This document shows positions 49,407 to 62,599 of a stretch of DNA of 64,000 nucleotides, piece by piece. Numbering within the stretch: the stretch's first letter is position 1; each line of letters begins with the position of its first letter. The notes below the pieces were generated by a model that saw nothing but the letters and a program-made list of their open reading frames with translations, did no database searches and was not told the origin of the DNA. The translations under genes were made by a program, and so were the position numbers. This DNA is from Felis catus (Eukaryota), in assembly GCF_018350175.1 (NCBI RefSeq), contig NC_058368.1, forward strand, positions 237,710,001-237,774,000. Reading direction: 5' to 3'.

Positions 49407-51660
49407 CCGAAAAATAAATTCTTTACAAATGAAGCAAACTGTTGGAGGAAAGCGTTCTAACCTTCATCTCAGCCAGAGATTTCCAAAAACAAAGCAAATC
49501 ATTTTTACACAAGAGCGGAATTTAAAACAAAAACGATAAAACATTTGTTGCTGGTGTTGGAGAAAACAGAAGCCGTTGTCTGGGAGGGATTCCACATCCG
49601 TGGCGGAGTGGCTGAGGGCCTCAAGGGGTCTGGGGCTCCTGACGCAGGGGAGCCGTGCTGGGGCCCCCGGACTGGCCCCTGGGTCCTGGGCCGCAGCAGC
49701 AGCAACAGCAGGAGGGAGGGAGGGAGCGCCTCTCCCCAAAAGGCAGGTGTCCACGTTCCCCAGATGCAAAGCTGCGTGTGTCCCACGGATGAGCCAGGGG
49801 CAGTGCCCCCTCCGTTAGAACCAGATAATAGTAAGGTCAACAGCATGAGGACTAAATCTAATCACCGTGTGAAGAGATAACACGTGGCCCCACTTCAAGT
49901 CTGGGTTTATATGGGAAATTCAGTTCTACAGAAAGCGGGGCCCGTTTTTGTCTGCGTTTTTTTTTTTAACAATCCTTTGCACGTCCTCTAAATTGCTTAT
50001 TTTCTACAATTTCTATTTCCATTTGACAGGTACTACCCAAGAAATAAAAATCTCTCTCTCCCCCTCCCTCTCATCTCCACCCCTCCCCCTGCCGTAAATA
50101 TTTATTTTCCTCTGTCGAGTCCCTCTGTGGACACTCGGGAGTCGAGGCGGTCCCAGACGCCAACAGAGCAGAGCGCTTTGGGTCCTGGGGGGCCCTCCCC
50201 GGCCCCCCTACACGCCGCCGTGCAGGGAAACAGAGGTGGTGAGGCGTGCCCCGTGTGTCCAATGGAACCCCTCGGCACAGACTGAAGAAGGCAGTCCGGG
50301 CCTTCCCCTCCGTCCCTGAGCTGGGCTCGGCCCAACTGAACTCACTCGAGTCCGTCCCTGGAACCCGGCTCCGGCATTTTCGCTTCATTTCCAAATATAA
50401 AACCTTCAGCTGTGTCAGGCTCTTTGATTTCTCTGGATGTCAGGCCCGGTTTTCAAATGCAAATGTGCCCCAGGTTAGTCTTAGTGAGTTACCTGGCCCG
50501 GGCCCAGGAGCACACCTGTCAGGTGCGGCCCCCCGGTCCTCCGCCTTGTGTAATACTTCATGTCTTGTATCAAAGACACCCTCCCACCCGGAGTTGAAAG
50601 CAAAATTATTCTCAAAGGAATTTACCACAAATACAGTCATTCCTTTGACTGTAGGGATCGTTTCATCCCCCGGCACGCTGCGTGGAAACAGCCATCACGG
50701 TGTGATCGCCGTGTCGTGTTTAAAGAAGGCAATTAACCCTCTAATTGGAGGCGGCGACGCGCGGTCTCCTCCGCTCAGCTCCTCTGATGCCCCTCTGTGG
50801 CCGAAGGCTGCGTCCGATGGGGACCTCGGAGGCCCGTCGACGCCTTGCGGGCACGCCGTGGCGACGGGAGCTGGCCAGCCCCCGGTCGAGTTTCCTTTGT
50901 TCTAACTTTTCGCTCACGCGGGTCGCGTTCCCACCACAGGGAGTGGACATTCGTCAAAGGCTCAGTGTGGGTCATAAAGCTCCTCGGAGGTGACCCCACC
51001 TCTTTCTCCGTCACCAGGTGTCAACAGACCCCCCGAGGGATCTGGAGTCACGCCTGGAGCTTCACTTGGGGTCGGTACAGCCCCCAAACCAGGCATCAGA
51101 CGTGAGTCTGGAAACTCACAGTCCGTCACTCGAAGAAGACACAAAAATGTCCACACTGCGTGTTGGCAAACAGGCATTTCACAGCTGTTTCTCCTCACAA
51201 AACGGTGTCACGGGCGTTCCTCCGGGCATGGGTCTCCTTGGGACGCGCGGGGGTGGCCGTGCAGGGTCCCACGGCTCGGATCTGCCCCGGGAGCAGCCCG
51301 GGGGCATCGCACTTTCAGATGCTGGGCTCCCCTGTGCCTCACTGCCCCCTGTGCTGCGGGCAGGAGTCGTCTCTGTCCGTTCACTGCACAGCGGGCGCGT
51401 TTGTCATGGAGAGCAATTTGCCTTGAACGTACCATTTCAATATGATTGACTTGAATATGTGAAAACATGTTTGTTTGTTTGTTTGTTTGTTTAAAGAACC
51501 CATGATCGCACTTCCCGGATCTATTTTAAACATGTAAAGTAGTTTTCCCCCGGACTTTTACTGATGTATATGCAGACATTTATGTTTTTCTCTTATAAGT
51601 TTGGGATCATTACGCAGTTTGGAAATTCTACTATTTAAAGTTCATGACATGAGAAATATT

Positions 51661-51875
51661 GGGGCGCCTGGTGGCTCAGTCGGGTGGGTGTCCGACTTCA
51701 GCTCAGGTCATGATCTCGCGGTCTGTGAGTTCGAGCCCCGCGTCGGGCTCTGTGCTGACAGCTCGGAGCCTGGAGCCTGCTTTGGATTCTGGGTCTCCCT
51801 CTCTCTCTGCCCCTCCCCCTCTCACGCTCTGTCTCTCTCTGTCTCTCAAAAATAAATAAACATTAAAAAATTTTT
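51661..51875 (+). mobile_element. CanSINE (feliform SINEC)
   Basis: Full head, CT tract and tail. AGAAATAT on both flanks. Confidence 0.96.
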
Positions 51876-51883
51876 AGAAATAT

Positions 51884-52065
51884 CGCACGCTGTTACATAG
51901 GTTTTATCATATGGACACACTGTACTGTTGGTCATTTTCCCTGAGAGTGGACTTGTAAACGATTTACACTTTTGCCTACAAATGACAGTGCGATACACAT
52001 CTGTATGCACAAATCCACATGGCATTTCTAATAATTTTCTTAGGCTGCATTTCATAGGAGGTGGC
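51884..52065 (-). mobile_element. Old L1 (L1ME-like) 3' fragment
   Basis: GTGGACTTGTAAACGATTTACACTTTTGCCTAC...TTTTCTTAGGCTGCATTTCATAGGAG resembles the antisense L1M 3' region. Confidence 0.5.
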
Positions 52066-52071
52066 GCCTAA

Positions 52072-52275
52072 CTTTTTTTTTTAATGTGTTGTTTTTGAGA
52101 GAGAGAGAGAAAGACAGAGTGTGAATGGCAAGGAGCAGAGACAGAGGGGGACACAGGATGTGAAGCAGGTTCCAGGCTCTGAGCTGTCAGCCCAGAGCCC
52201 GATGTGGGGGTCGAACCCACGAGCCGTGAGATCATGACCTGAGCTGATGTCGGATGCTCAGCCGACTGAGCCCCT
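52072..52275 (-). mobile_element. CanSINE (extreme 5' end degraded)
   Basis: Poly-T, GA tract and GAGATCATGACCTGAGCTGA...CCGACTGAGCC. Confidence 0.94.
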
Positions 52276-54489
52276 GAGATGGGGCACCCTGGGATGGCCC
52301 CACCTTTAAATGAATAACCTGATGTGGCCACATCTTAGACACACACACACACGATGCCCCGTCCTCCAAGGAGACCGTCTGCTCCGACCCAACGCGGCTC
52401 CCGTAGAGGCTTTGCTTGGGTGAAGGACCCATCCCCCGTGTTCTCAAGCTGCAGCCACTTGGATGCTTTAAAATCAGAGCAGATCATACCGGATCCGAGA
52501 AACTCCATGCAGGGAAACGTCTGATCCTTCTCCAAGGGGGCTGAGTGCTAAACACCAAAGCAAACCCACCGACACAAAAAAGCCCTCCCTGGAAAAGTCC
52601 TGGCTTTAGGACTTGGGAACTGTGTACATGAAGACTGGCCGCTGGACAGAAGCTAAGCAGAGAGACCAGAGGGGACCCCGGGAGCGGAGGGAGCCCCTTG
52701 TGAGCAAAGAGCCTCAGTTGTGGGCACCTGCGTGCAGAACTCCGCAGCGACCCTTCTAGGCACTTGACATTCCAAGCTCTGTCCTCTTCAGCAGTTATAA
52801 TCGGGAGCGTTTTGTGACTGGGCACGATTCCACACTTGCTCACCTGCTACTGGGGAGGGGACACAAGCTTCACTGACCTCTCAGCGAGATCGCCCCGTGT
52901 TTACGCCACGTTTTTGAGATTTTCCGAAGATGATTTTCTGCAGAGCATGAAGACACCCAGCTAGGCCCTGGCCTCGAGAGGGTGTGGACGAGAAGAAAGG
53001 ATCTGGATCACTCAGGTCAGTTGGAGACGCATCCTGTCTCTCCCGGAATGTGACCCCCGTGAGGTGGTTTCTTCCAGAAGCTACTTCCAGGGACTTAAAA
53101 CAGTTGCAGGGGCCACACGGGGCTGTGATCCACAGATAAAGAGCTGCACCGCGGAAGGCTTGATAAGTATCTGATTCTCTTTATTGCGCAACAGCAAATT
53201 CACCTCTGTGTGAAAACACAGAATCTCTTTGAAAATGTTCAAAGGCTTTCCTTCCATTTTCCGAGGCTGTTTATGGAAAGATCTCTATTAATGTGTTCTT
53301 ACGGGAGTGGCATTTTACCGGGGGCTTCATATTAAAGTTGTCAAATATATACGAGACATTTTAAAAGACGGAGTGTCTAAGAGTATGTTATTTCTTACGT
53401 GGGGGTGAACTCTCCCAGAACGCCGCATGGGGGTGGCCGTCTAAGGCTTATGGTCAAGAAAAAGCCCAGCATGATCTCGGGGCTCAGGGGTGAAAGTATT
53501 AAGGGCTTTGATGACTTGGAATGCCATCTGTGTCATGGATTCTTCACTGTCACAAATTTGTTCCCACTTATACACGCAGGCGGTACCGCTTCTTACCTGC
53601 GATTTTATATTAGAGATTCTCTGGATACTGTTTCACATCAGGCGACTATGACAAGTTTATGCTAGTTAGCAAAGTATGCAACTCCATGCGATTCCAATCT
53701 TTCTAATTAATTGAGTTACCACCCGAGTAAAAGTGATGTTGCAAAAATATGCCGATGTGGGTGGCGCTCCCTTCGGCAAAGTGGCGTGCACACGGACCAG
53801 ACCGCGCCCAAGAAGAAAGAAACATTTAACTTACCATGCGGACAGCAGATTGCAGTGTTTAATTATTGTTTCACGGAAGGAAACGAAAACCCTTCCGCGC
53901 TGGCAGATGTAGGTGTTTGTCGGGGAGATGACTTTGCGTAGAGTAGCCGCAGAAGTGAACACGGTCCCATTGGGGCTCTCCTCACCTTTGACCTCAGGGT
54001 CGCAGCCAGACCAGACCTAACTCTGGCAGGGACAGGGTCTTCTTGACAAAGTGCCCCACTGTTCCTCCCCGAAATACTGAGCACACACCCACTATGCTTG
54101 GTCTCAGAGCCACGTTATTCGAAGAAGAGAACATTTCACGTGAAGGCAGAATAACCACCTACCTGCCAGTGTCTGCGAGCTTCCGTTGACGCGGACCCGT
54201 CGCGGGCAAGAGAGGGCCCCTGGGGCACGTTTCGCTTTTATTTGGTGTATCTATTGGCTCGTTGTAGTGAGGTATATGCTGCACTGAGACACAACATCGG
54301 GGAAGATATTTTGAAAGTATTTTTTGTCGACATAGCTGCCAGACAAGAATTCCGCAGGCTTGGGACGTTTCCGTGTGTATTTGGTAAATAAAGCGTGGTG
54401 ACGCCTGCGGCTGTTTCCTGCGCTGAGCGTGGCCAGCATTTTACACACGGCATCACACGCGGTCACGGCTACAGCTTTTCCAGGGGAGA

Positions 54490-54605
54490 GTGGCTGTCAC
54501 TCCCTCCGTTTTATGGGGGGGGCCACGGAGGGTCTTGGAAGGCGGGTGACTTTTCCAGGGTCCCCTGAACCAGGGGGAATTCAGACCCGGATCCTGGCTG
54601 GAGCC
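54490..54605 (-). mobile_element. MIR fragment (GC-shifted)
   Basis: CCGTTTTATGGGGGGGGCCACGGAGGGTCTTGGAAGGCGGGTGACTTTTCCAGGGTC...GGAATTCAGACCCGG. Confidence 0.5.
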
Positions 54606-55699
54606 GCTGTTGTCCCTGCGGGGCCAGGCTGTCCCTGGCGGTGGCCTGTACCGGGCATCGAAGGACGTCCGTGGGCCTCTACCCACCAGCCACCAGAAGC
54701 CCTCGCCGGTCGTCACAACCAAAACTGTCACCTGACAGCACCAAAGCTTCCTTGGCTGAGAACATGGTGCCTCGGCAGCCTTCCCGCCCTGGACACCAGG
54801 CCCCCGGCAGGTGTGACAGAGCCGGGGGGCGTCATGACGACCCTGACGCGGCCTCTCGCCTGCCCCTGTCCTTCAGGGCTGTGGTGTCCTTCACCCCGGG
54901 GCTGTCCGGGAGCCCGGCCCGCAGAAGCTGGTGGCCGTGAAGCTGGCGTGCGCGAGCAGGACCCACAGCAGCATCTGTTGGGCCCAGGAGGCTCGGGCCG
55001 CCCACGACTGCAGGGCCCTGGGAGGCAGGAAGACCCGTGGCGGGCCTCGCCCCGGAGAGCAGCGGCGGCCCCGCCGGGTGCCCCAGACTGCCAGCCCCGT
55101 CGTGAGGCTCCACGGAACAGACCGCGGAGCCGCGTCTTCGACAACGTCCTCCACCCCAGAGAACTGGGACCAGGAACGCACACCTGTGCCAGGTGTGGGA
55201 TGGCCGGACCGGCGGGAGGAGGAAGGCACCACGCCTGCCACGGGGCGGACAGAAAGGGGGAACACAGTCAAGGACCCCAGACCCAGAGACTGCGGGGGTG
55301 GGAGGTGGTGACTAGGAAGAAGGGGGTGGGGGGTGGGGGGATGGAGGGGGGTAGGCGCAGGCGTGGGGGGAGCAGGAGAAGGGGGAGCGGGGCCGTGGGA
55401 GCAGGCTTTGGACACCATTGAGTTCCGAGAGGAGCCCCTCACTGCAGGACGAAGGGCCATCCTTCCTCAAGTTGTCAAATTGCTTGATGACAATAAAGAA
55501 AAAAATCATAAAAGAGGGCTGTTATTACTTACATCTTACTTGAAAATTTTACTTTTTCCTATTTCTTTCCCGCACCCAGGGAGAGCCCCAGCTGTCTCGT
55601 TTCGATGTCTTGTTTGATGGCTGTGGCTCTTGCCACCCTGCTTCAGCATCAACAGTCACAGAGCAGCTCTAGGGGATGGCCTTCTGGCTCTTCCTGTGC

Positions 55700-56177
55700 G
55701 GATCTCACCAGGGCTGGTTCTCCTGGGGCTGGTTCTCACTGGAGAAGGTCCTCCTGGGGCTGGTTCTCACTGGAGAAGGTCCTCCTGGGGATGGTTCTCC
55801 TGGGGCTGGTTCTCCTGGGGCTGGATCTCACCAGGGCTGGTTCCCACCAGGATGGTCCTCACCAGGATGGTCCTCACCGGGGCTGGATCTCCTGGGGCTG
55901 GTTCTCACTGGAGAAGTTTCTCTTGGGGCTGGTTCTCACTGGAGAAGGTTCTCCTGGGGATGGTTCTCACCTCGGCTGGTTCTCCTGGGGCTGGATCTCA
56001 CCAGGGCTGGTTCTCACTGGAGAAGGTCCTCCTGGGGCTGGTTCTCACTGGAGAAGGTCCTCCTGGGGCTGGTTCTCACCTCGGCTGGTTCTCCTGGGGC
56101 TGGCTCTCCTGGGGCTGGCTCTCACCAGGGCTGGTTCTCACCAGGATGGCCCTCACCAGGGCTGGATCTCCTGGGCT
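55700..56177. repeat. Modular minisatellite of 31 modules, mostly 15-16 bp
   Basis: Interspersed modules GGTTCTCCTGGGGCT, GGTTCTCACTGGAGAA, GGATCTCACCAGGGCT, GGTCCTCACCAGGAT and GGTTCTCACCTCGGCT. Confidence 0.96.
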
Positions 56178-59100
56178 GGGTGGGGCAGGGGACCCGCTGG
56201 ACGTGGGCTGGGTGGGGCAGGCTGGGATGCAGACGCCCGGGCTGCCTACAGTGATTCAGCTCACTGCGGCCACCTTAGTCAATGATTTCTCGAAACATAC
56301 ATTTCCATTGAGCGTTTCGTGCCGGGTCTCATTCATTTGCTGGTTAATGTCACTTAGAATCATCCAGGGACTAAAACAGGCCCACAGAGAACAGATTTTA
56401 AAAGTATATTTTGAAGGCAAAGATGGGCCTTTAACATTCTATGGGATTTCAAATCCCTGCACAGAGAATGTCAGCTGAAGTCTAGAAGGAGTGCTCCGAA
56501 ACCTGCCTTTGAAAGGGGAGAAAGGGGAGAGGTGGCCTCGGCTGTGTCAGAGCACAGGACTCACCTTTTCCAAATTGCAGTTTTCAAGTCTGATACAGCC
56601 AGATAATCATCAACGGCTCAAATAAAATCATTATTGTGTCAGAGGGAGAAAGTGTGTTCAAGGGGGAAATTAATGACAGCAGAGGAAGAACAAAGGTGCG
56701 TCCTAGTAGGGAGACTTTTTCTAAGATTAAAGGAGTCCTGGGTCCTGGCCCATGGTATTGCTTCACGTGACGCTCTGAAATCGTCTCGGCGGCTGCATGA
56801 AAATCTTGCCTTGCAGTCAGGGATCGGAAAACCCTCCGAGAGAAACAGAAACCATCCAGCGCCCACATCATCACCTCTGGCGCTCAGGGCAACCTGTTTC
56901 TTTTCCAGACGCTCAGCTATTTTTATCCCAAATATCACACGGTTTGAACTTAGGGGCAAACTCAGCGGCGGAAACTGTGTTGACCCCAGAACTGCATCCC
57001 CTCTCGACGGAAAAGAGAAAAATGTTCATAACTGACAACTTAGAAGGAAATTTAAAGGGGCACCTAAACCTTTTGAGCCTAGAGCCCAAAATGCAAAGTG
57101 TCTGAGGTGGTGGCCGCGACGTGACAGTTTCAGGAGGGCGCCAGTGGGTTTGAGTCTGAGCATTCGGGTTTGAGCGGGATGGGGGAGGGAGGGATGTTGC
57201 CCCCCAGGGACTGGGGGTTCCCTGCAGAGCCAGGGCTTGGCCACACAGTGGGTCGGGGGGGGGGTGGCCACCAGCCCCACAGGACCACCTGTCACAACCT
57301 TTTCTGAGCACTTCCTTGCCTCGCCCTTGACCTAGTGGCCGCCTTGCCCTGGCGTGACCCTCGGGTCCCTACTGCATCATCACTGGTGCTGGGCTGCAGG
57401 GGTCGCTGGGCTGCTGCTGGAAAGGCGGGGAGGCTCACGGGGCTTGAGCTTGGAAGAGGAAGGAAGAAGGATGCATGTGGGGAAGGGGCTGGGGAGTCTC
57501 CTATTCACCGGCTTCCGCTAGAAGTCTCCTTCTTATTCCATAGGCTCATTTACAGTGTGGCCCTGGGGCCTCTCTCTGTCGTCCGTGGCAACACAACCTG
57601 GTTTCTTTCCCTGGTTCATTCTGTCCTCTCGGGAGCGGGAGGCGCTCCTGGAGATTCAGGTGGGAGTGTCCTCCCTCAGCCCTGGCCAGGCCACACCTGC
57701 CCTTCCAGAAGCTCACGGCCCAGTGGGAACTCCTACCAGAGGATGATCCGATTCCTTGCCATATACTGAGGTCTGGGGCAAAGAGGAGGAGTTAATATCA
57801 GGATCTGTGGGTGCACGTGAACAGAAGGACCATAAAAATCATCAGTCTAGCCCGTGTTAGCACCATCGGATATATGTGAATTTTCCACTTTTTCTCACCA
57901 CGTAGAGTGAGTTCACCAACGTGACTAGTGTCTGTGTCTCCTGAGGCCAAAGCAATTTTGCGTAGACCAAATGTCCCAACTTTTGACGATTAGTAATGTG
58001 GAAATGTTGATCCCAGTGCATTTGGGGAGCTCCAGGCCTATGGGACTAAATGCAGATGTGAGAGGCTCTGTCTGTCCGGCCTGCGAGGCTTGGGGGTGCT
58101 GTGTGTCTGTCCACCGTCTGTCTGTCGTGTAGACACGATGCATTCGGGGCAGCAATGCAGGAAGGACGGGAGCGTCGGTCGGTCACAGGCACAGTCTGTG
58201 CAGTCACTTAGTGTCTCTGCTGGGGAAGGGCAAGGCCACAGAATCACGGCAGACAAGCTTATTTATATTGTTATTCTGGGCGTTAAAGCTTATACTCAGA
58301 TCCTCGCCGTATCAGTCAGGGTCTGGATTGGGTTTCCACACCGAGGGCCCGTGGACTCAGGGCTGGGCAGAAATCTGCTGTTCAGGTGACACGGGCAGGA
58401 GCAGGAGGTGGGTGTGCCCGGGACGTCGTGCACATCCCGACGGTCAAGGAGCCAGGAAGGCTGTACGCGGGGATCTGCCGGGGACACTGAGGAAGCAAGG
58501 ACCTGCCTCTGATGGTTCCTACTGATTGCACAAAACCCCGACGCCTTCGATAAGGATCTGGACATTCACCGACGTTTCACATCCACCAAGTGGCTTCTAA
58601 GAGGGAAAAAACAGAAGTTTCAGGTCTGAAACCTACCTGAAATCTAGTCCGGGCCGCATTTGCTTTATTCAAAGGCGAGCATGACGGCTGGAGGTGGCCG
58701 TCGGCCTAAGGACAGGATGTAGGCTGGCACTTATAAACAGCAGAGGGAGCTGGGCCACACGTCCTGCCAACAAATGACGAGCTCCACACGGTCAGGGAGA
58801 TCAATGGTATGCAAACTACAGCCAGAAATCTGGCATGCGCCCCGGGGGTTCCCTGCCTGGGACCCAGGGTGCTTCACCTGGACCGCCGCTCTCCTATCTC
58901 AGCCCCGTGGAAACAGCTTTTCTGACCTGCTGGGTTTGAACACGGGAGCTCAGAGGAGGCATCGGCGGCTAATCACTCTCTGCTCTCAGAATACCAAGAG
59001 GAAGGCAGCGAGCCGGGGGAACAGATGTGGATCCACAACGCGGAAGTTCCCCCGAAGGGCCCAGAAGCCCGGTGAGCACGGGCCTGAGCCGGGAAGCATC

Positions 59101-62100
59101 TGCCACGGAGCGGGTGCACCGCGGAGGAGGGGCTGCCTCTGAAAACCACCCCGCACAGGCTCTGTTGTCAGAGGCGTCTGCGTGCGGCCAGCAACACTGC
59201 GCTCTGGCAGAACCCAGGCAGAGACCCGTCTGAGCACGTGACATCGCGCAAGGTCCCCTGTGCTCCTGGGACCTTGAAGACGTAGGACGCCGGTTTCCAG
59301 GCAGGCAGCCCAGTGCCACGGAGTGTGTGTACGGGTCAGGTTGCAACGGCGCCCACCCCGTAGCCGCGTGAGCCGTCCCTCCCGGGGGATTACGAGCCGG
59401 GGCACGGGCCGCGTGCTTGGCTCCGTCGAGGCACTTCTCCCCGCCTCGCGTGCAATCCCGTGCTTGCAGCTCGGACGTGACCGGGCCCTAGGAGCGGCGC
59501 GTGGAGTGCGCTGCTCGGCTTTTGCAAAGAAGCCGTAACTGTCACCGGTTCCGACTGGATGACGGATGTGCTTAGGGCTCTTAAGCAGGCTTTGGCAGCG
59601 ATGTTTACTTTCTGGGTAAGCGCAAACATGACGGCATTGTTAGGACCATGAATAGAGCTTTTGTCAGGGTATTATGGGAATTACAGTATTTAAACGAGCA
59701 CATCTCACTCAGAGGTAACTTTGAACGTGTTGAGAGTGCACTCCTTGACGGACTGTGACCGTGAGCGGATCTGGTTAAACCGCAGGTACTTTCAGGAGTT
59801 CTGCATCGCGGAGGGGGCTTCGCGACGTGACCCTGCCGTGGGAGGCCACGAGACGACACACTCGGATGGGAAGGCACCGCCTCTGGGCCGCCAGGCGTTT
59901 TCGCGGATCCCGGGCCACGCTGCGCCACGCAGGCAGTTGCTTTCAAACCACTGATTTCTGGCCTGCGAGGAGGCCAGAGAGCTGTGCCCCCGGCAGGAAA
60001 GCGGACACGCTGCTGGGCCCAATCCCTCCAGGGAGCGCCCGTCCCGCCCCAGGGAGGGGGGGGGCGGTGGAGATGGGGGGGGCAAGAACACAAAACCAGA
60101 CCTGCACTTAGGTCTTGGCCCTCCGGGAAGGCGTGGAAAATACCGAGTTCTTTCTCCCAGACGAGGTTGCCGGATGAGAGTAAGGATGACGAGGGGAAAA
60201 AAAAACCCTGAATTCTTTACATTAAAGAGAGAAAACAAAACCTGTGTCCTCAGCTGTGTCTTCTCATTTCCAGAAAAGACCAAGGATGGGAAGCCAGGTA
60301 CTGTGTTTGCGAGACAGCTTTCCGGAACATTCCAAAGCGCCCGTCTCTAGACTCCTACAGCAGCCTAGCCGTGGGTCGCCCAGAACAGAGGAACATCATC
60401 CGCGCTTTCTCTTGCCTGCACATGCTCCTTCTTGCCCACCCCCAGGCGGCACGGGCTGATTCACGGACATGTTTACCGGACATCAAGTCCTCGTCACTGG
60501 CGTAGGCAGTCGCTGTCGTAGGCAGCGCAGGGAAGTGAAGGACGGCGTGCCTTCCGCATCCAGGCCCGGGGCCGGCGTGGCGGTGGAGGGTGCCGAGCAC
60601 GGGGCTGAAGGCCAGCTGCCGTCTGTGCCCACATCCCAGCGGCTTTACCGACGTGGGCAGGACGTGCACGAGGCTCACCCCCAGGTGGGGACACAGCCCG
60701 CCGGCCCGAGGTGGCACCCATCACACCTCACTTCCTGTCCGAGAGGACTCCTCTCTTGCCACCTGTTTGAATCATCCCAGCCCCTCCCCCCCCACTGCTT
60801 CCTTCGGGAACCGTTAGCAGGTGGTGGTTCCCACACTCTGTCCCGGTTAGAGGTGTCCCCACCTCCCAGCTCCCGTGACACGGATCCGGTTAATGAGCAA
60901 ACTTGCAAGGTTCCTGTTGAAGGTCACACACTGGCGGCCAGATATCCGGGAAAACAGCAGCCCTCTTTCGGAGTGAAGCGCCCAAGAGGGGCTTAGCTCA
61001 GGACACACGGTAAGAGCACATGAAAAGGACAGAACAAATTACCAATTTGGCATAAAATGCACAACACTTAGCTTGATCCAGAAGCGGAAAGGCGGACACA
61101 ACCCTGTATTTGCAACAACGCAGTAAGTCAGCCTTTGCGAGGGACAGCAGGTGTTGGGCCAAGCATCTGTCTTGGTGCCGTGAGCTTGACGGACCCAGAG
61201 CACGGGGTGGGGGCCCCGCCCCTTGTTCCGGACCCTGCGAACGGGAGTAATGGCTCTGGATCCTGCTGCAGTCATGACACTCGGAACACAGCTCTGGGCC
61301 ATCATTCTGACCCTGGACACGAGAACAAATCGTAATGAGAAGGAAACTGGTATCCAGCACCACTAAAAACAGCCTCCTGACCACAAAGGCGAGTAGTGGG
61401 AATCTGGGGATCCTGATGGAGAAAACCAAATTTTATATCTAATTTGGAGGCTGCCAAGGCCAATTATGGGGGACAGACAAGTCAACTTGGGTTTACACGC
61501 TCTTCCTAGGAGGCTGGAAGTCAGAGAGGTGTGGGCAAGGGTCATAGGTCCTCCCCCCGGCCCTATGGGGAAAACGCTGAGAGCAGAGCCTCTCCCCTAC
61601 AGAGGAACTCACGGGCCCTGGGAGGCGGTGGGGGGACCGGCATGGTGGGGCGGAGGCAGGGTCGGGGAGGGGCCCCCAGAAGGATGAGCTCAGTCTGCTC
61701 TGGGCTCGAGATGCCTCCAGGAGTCACCCCCATCTCCTCCCGGAAAAGGTCCCAAGGCCCCAGTGACTGGGCAGAGAAAGGCCCCACACCTGGAGTCTAA
61801 GCGACTCCCTGGAGATAGAGGCCGAGTCAAGCCCCAGCGAGGAGAGCACGTTTTGTTTCCGAGCTGGGGGCGCAAACCTCTCTGTTTCTTCACTTTCCAA
61901 CCTTGTGACCCAGGAGGGCCTGACAGAAGAGAGGCCGAGCAGGGGTCCTCACCTGCTGCCCTGTAGCCGGGTCAGTGGGGAGGCCGGGCTCCGGCTTTGC
62001 GACCCCAGGGTCTGCTGTGGCCAGGCCCCCAGCCAGACTCAGAGAGTATGTGGATTCGCAGGGCTGCCTCTGCTTTCTCTGCTTTGTTTTAAACCCAGGG

Positions 62101-62599
62101 GTGAGCGGGGGTGGGGGCCCAGGGGGCTCATCACAAGGTGCAAGGTGAGAGGGTGCCTGGCGGCCACGTGCTGTGTGGGGACGCGGCCCTGACACCACCT
62201 GGGTATCTCACGAGGCCGCTGGCTTCCTTCTAGCCTTCCTCTGCACTATGGAACCTCCTCTTCGCTACACTGGCTCCATCCGGGAGCCTGTGAGCAAAAT
62301 GCATTCACAAGCAATGTGCTGAGTCTCACGTCAAAACCCGGACGTTCCCTGTCCTTACCTGCGTCTTACACGTGGAGGCAGGCGTGGTCCCAGGAGGTTG
62401 CAAAAGACAGGCCCGGTAAGGCTCTGCTGGCCCCTCCAGTCCTCTGGCGGCAGCACCTGGGTCAGCCAACACGGTGACACGCTCCCGCGGCTGCCCTGGG
62501 GGCACAGGTGTGCCTCATCTTCTCGGGGCATAAGAAAGGTGGGCTTCACCGACTCCTTCTCGGTGCCAGAGCCTGAGCAGTAACACTCACCATGGGCTC

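Noticed and set aside
54429..56478. 330-aa ORF and three overlapping ORFs with collagen-like or hydrophobic repeats
   Set aside because: Explained by GC-richness and a stop-free minisatellite. The same peptides appear in all three frames because the modules shift frame.
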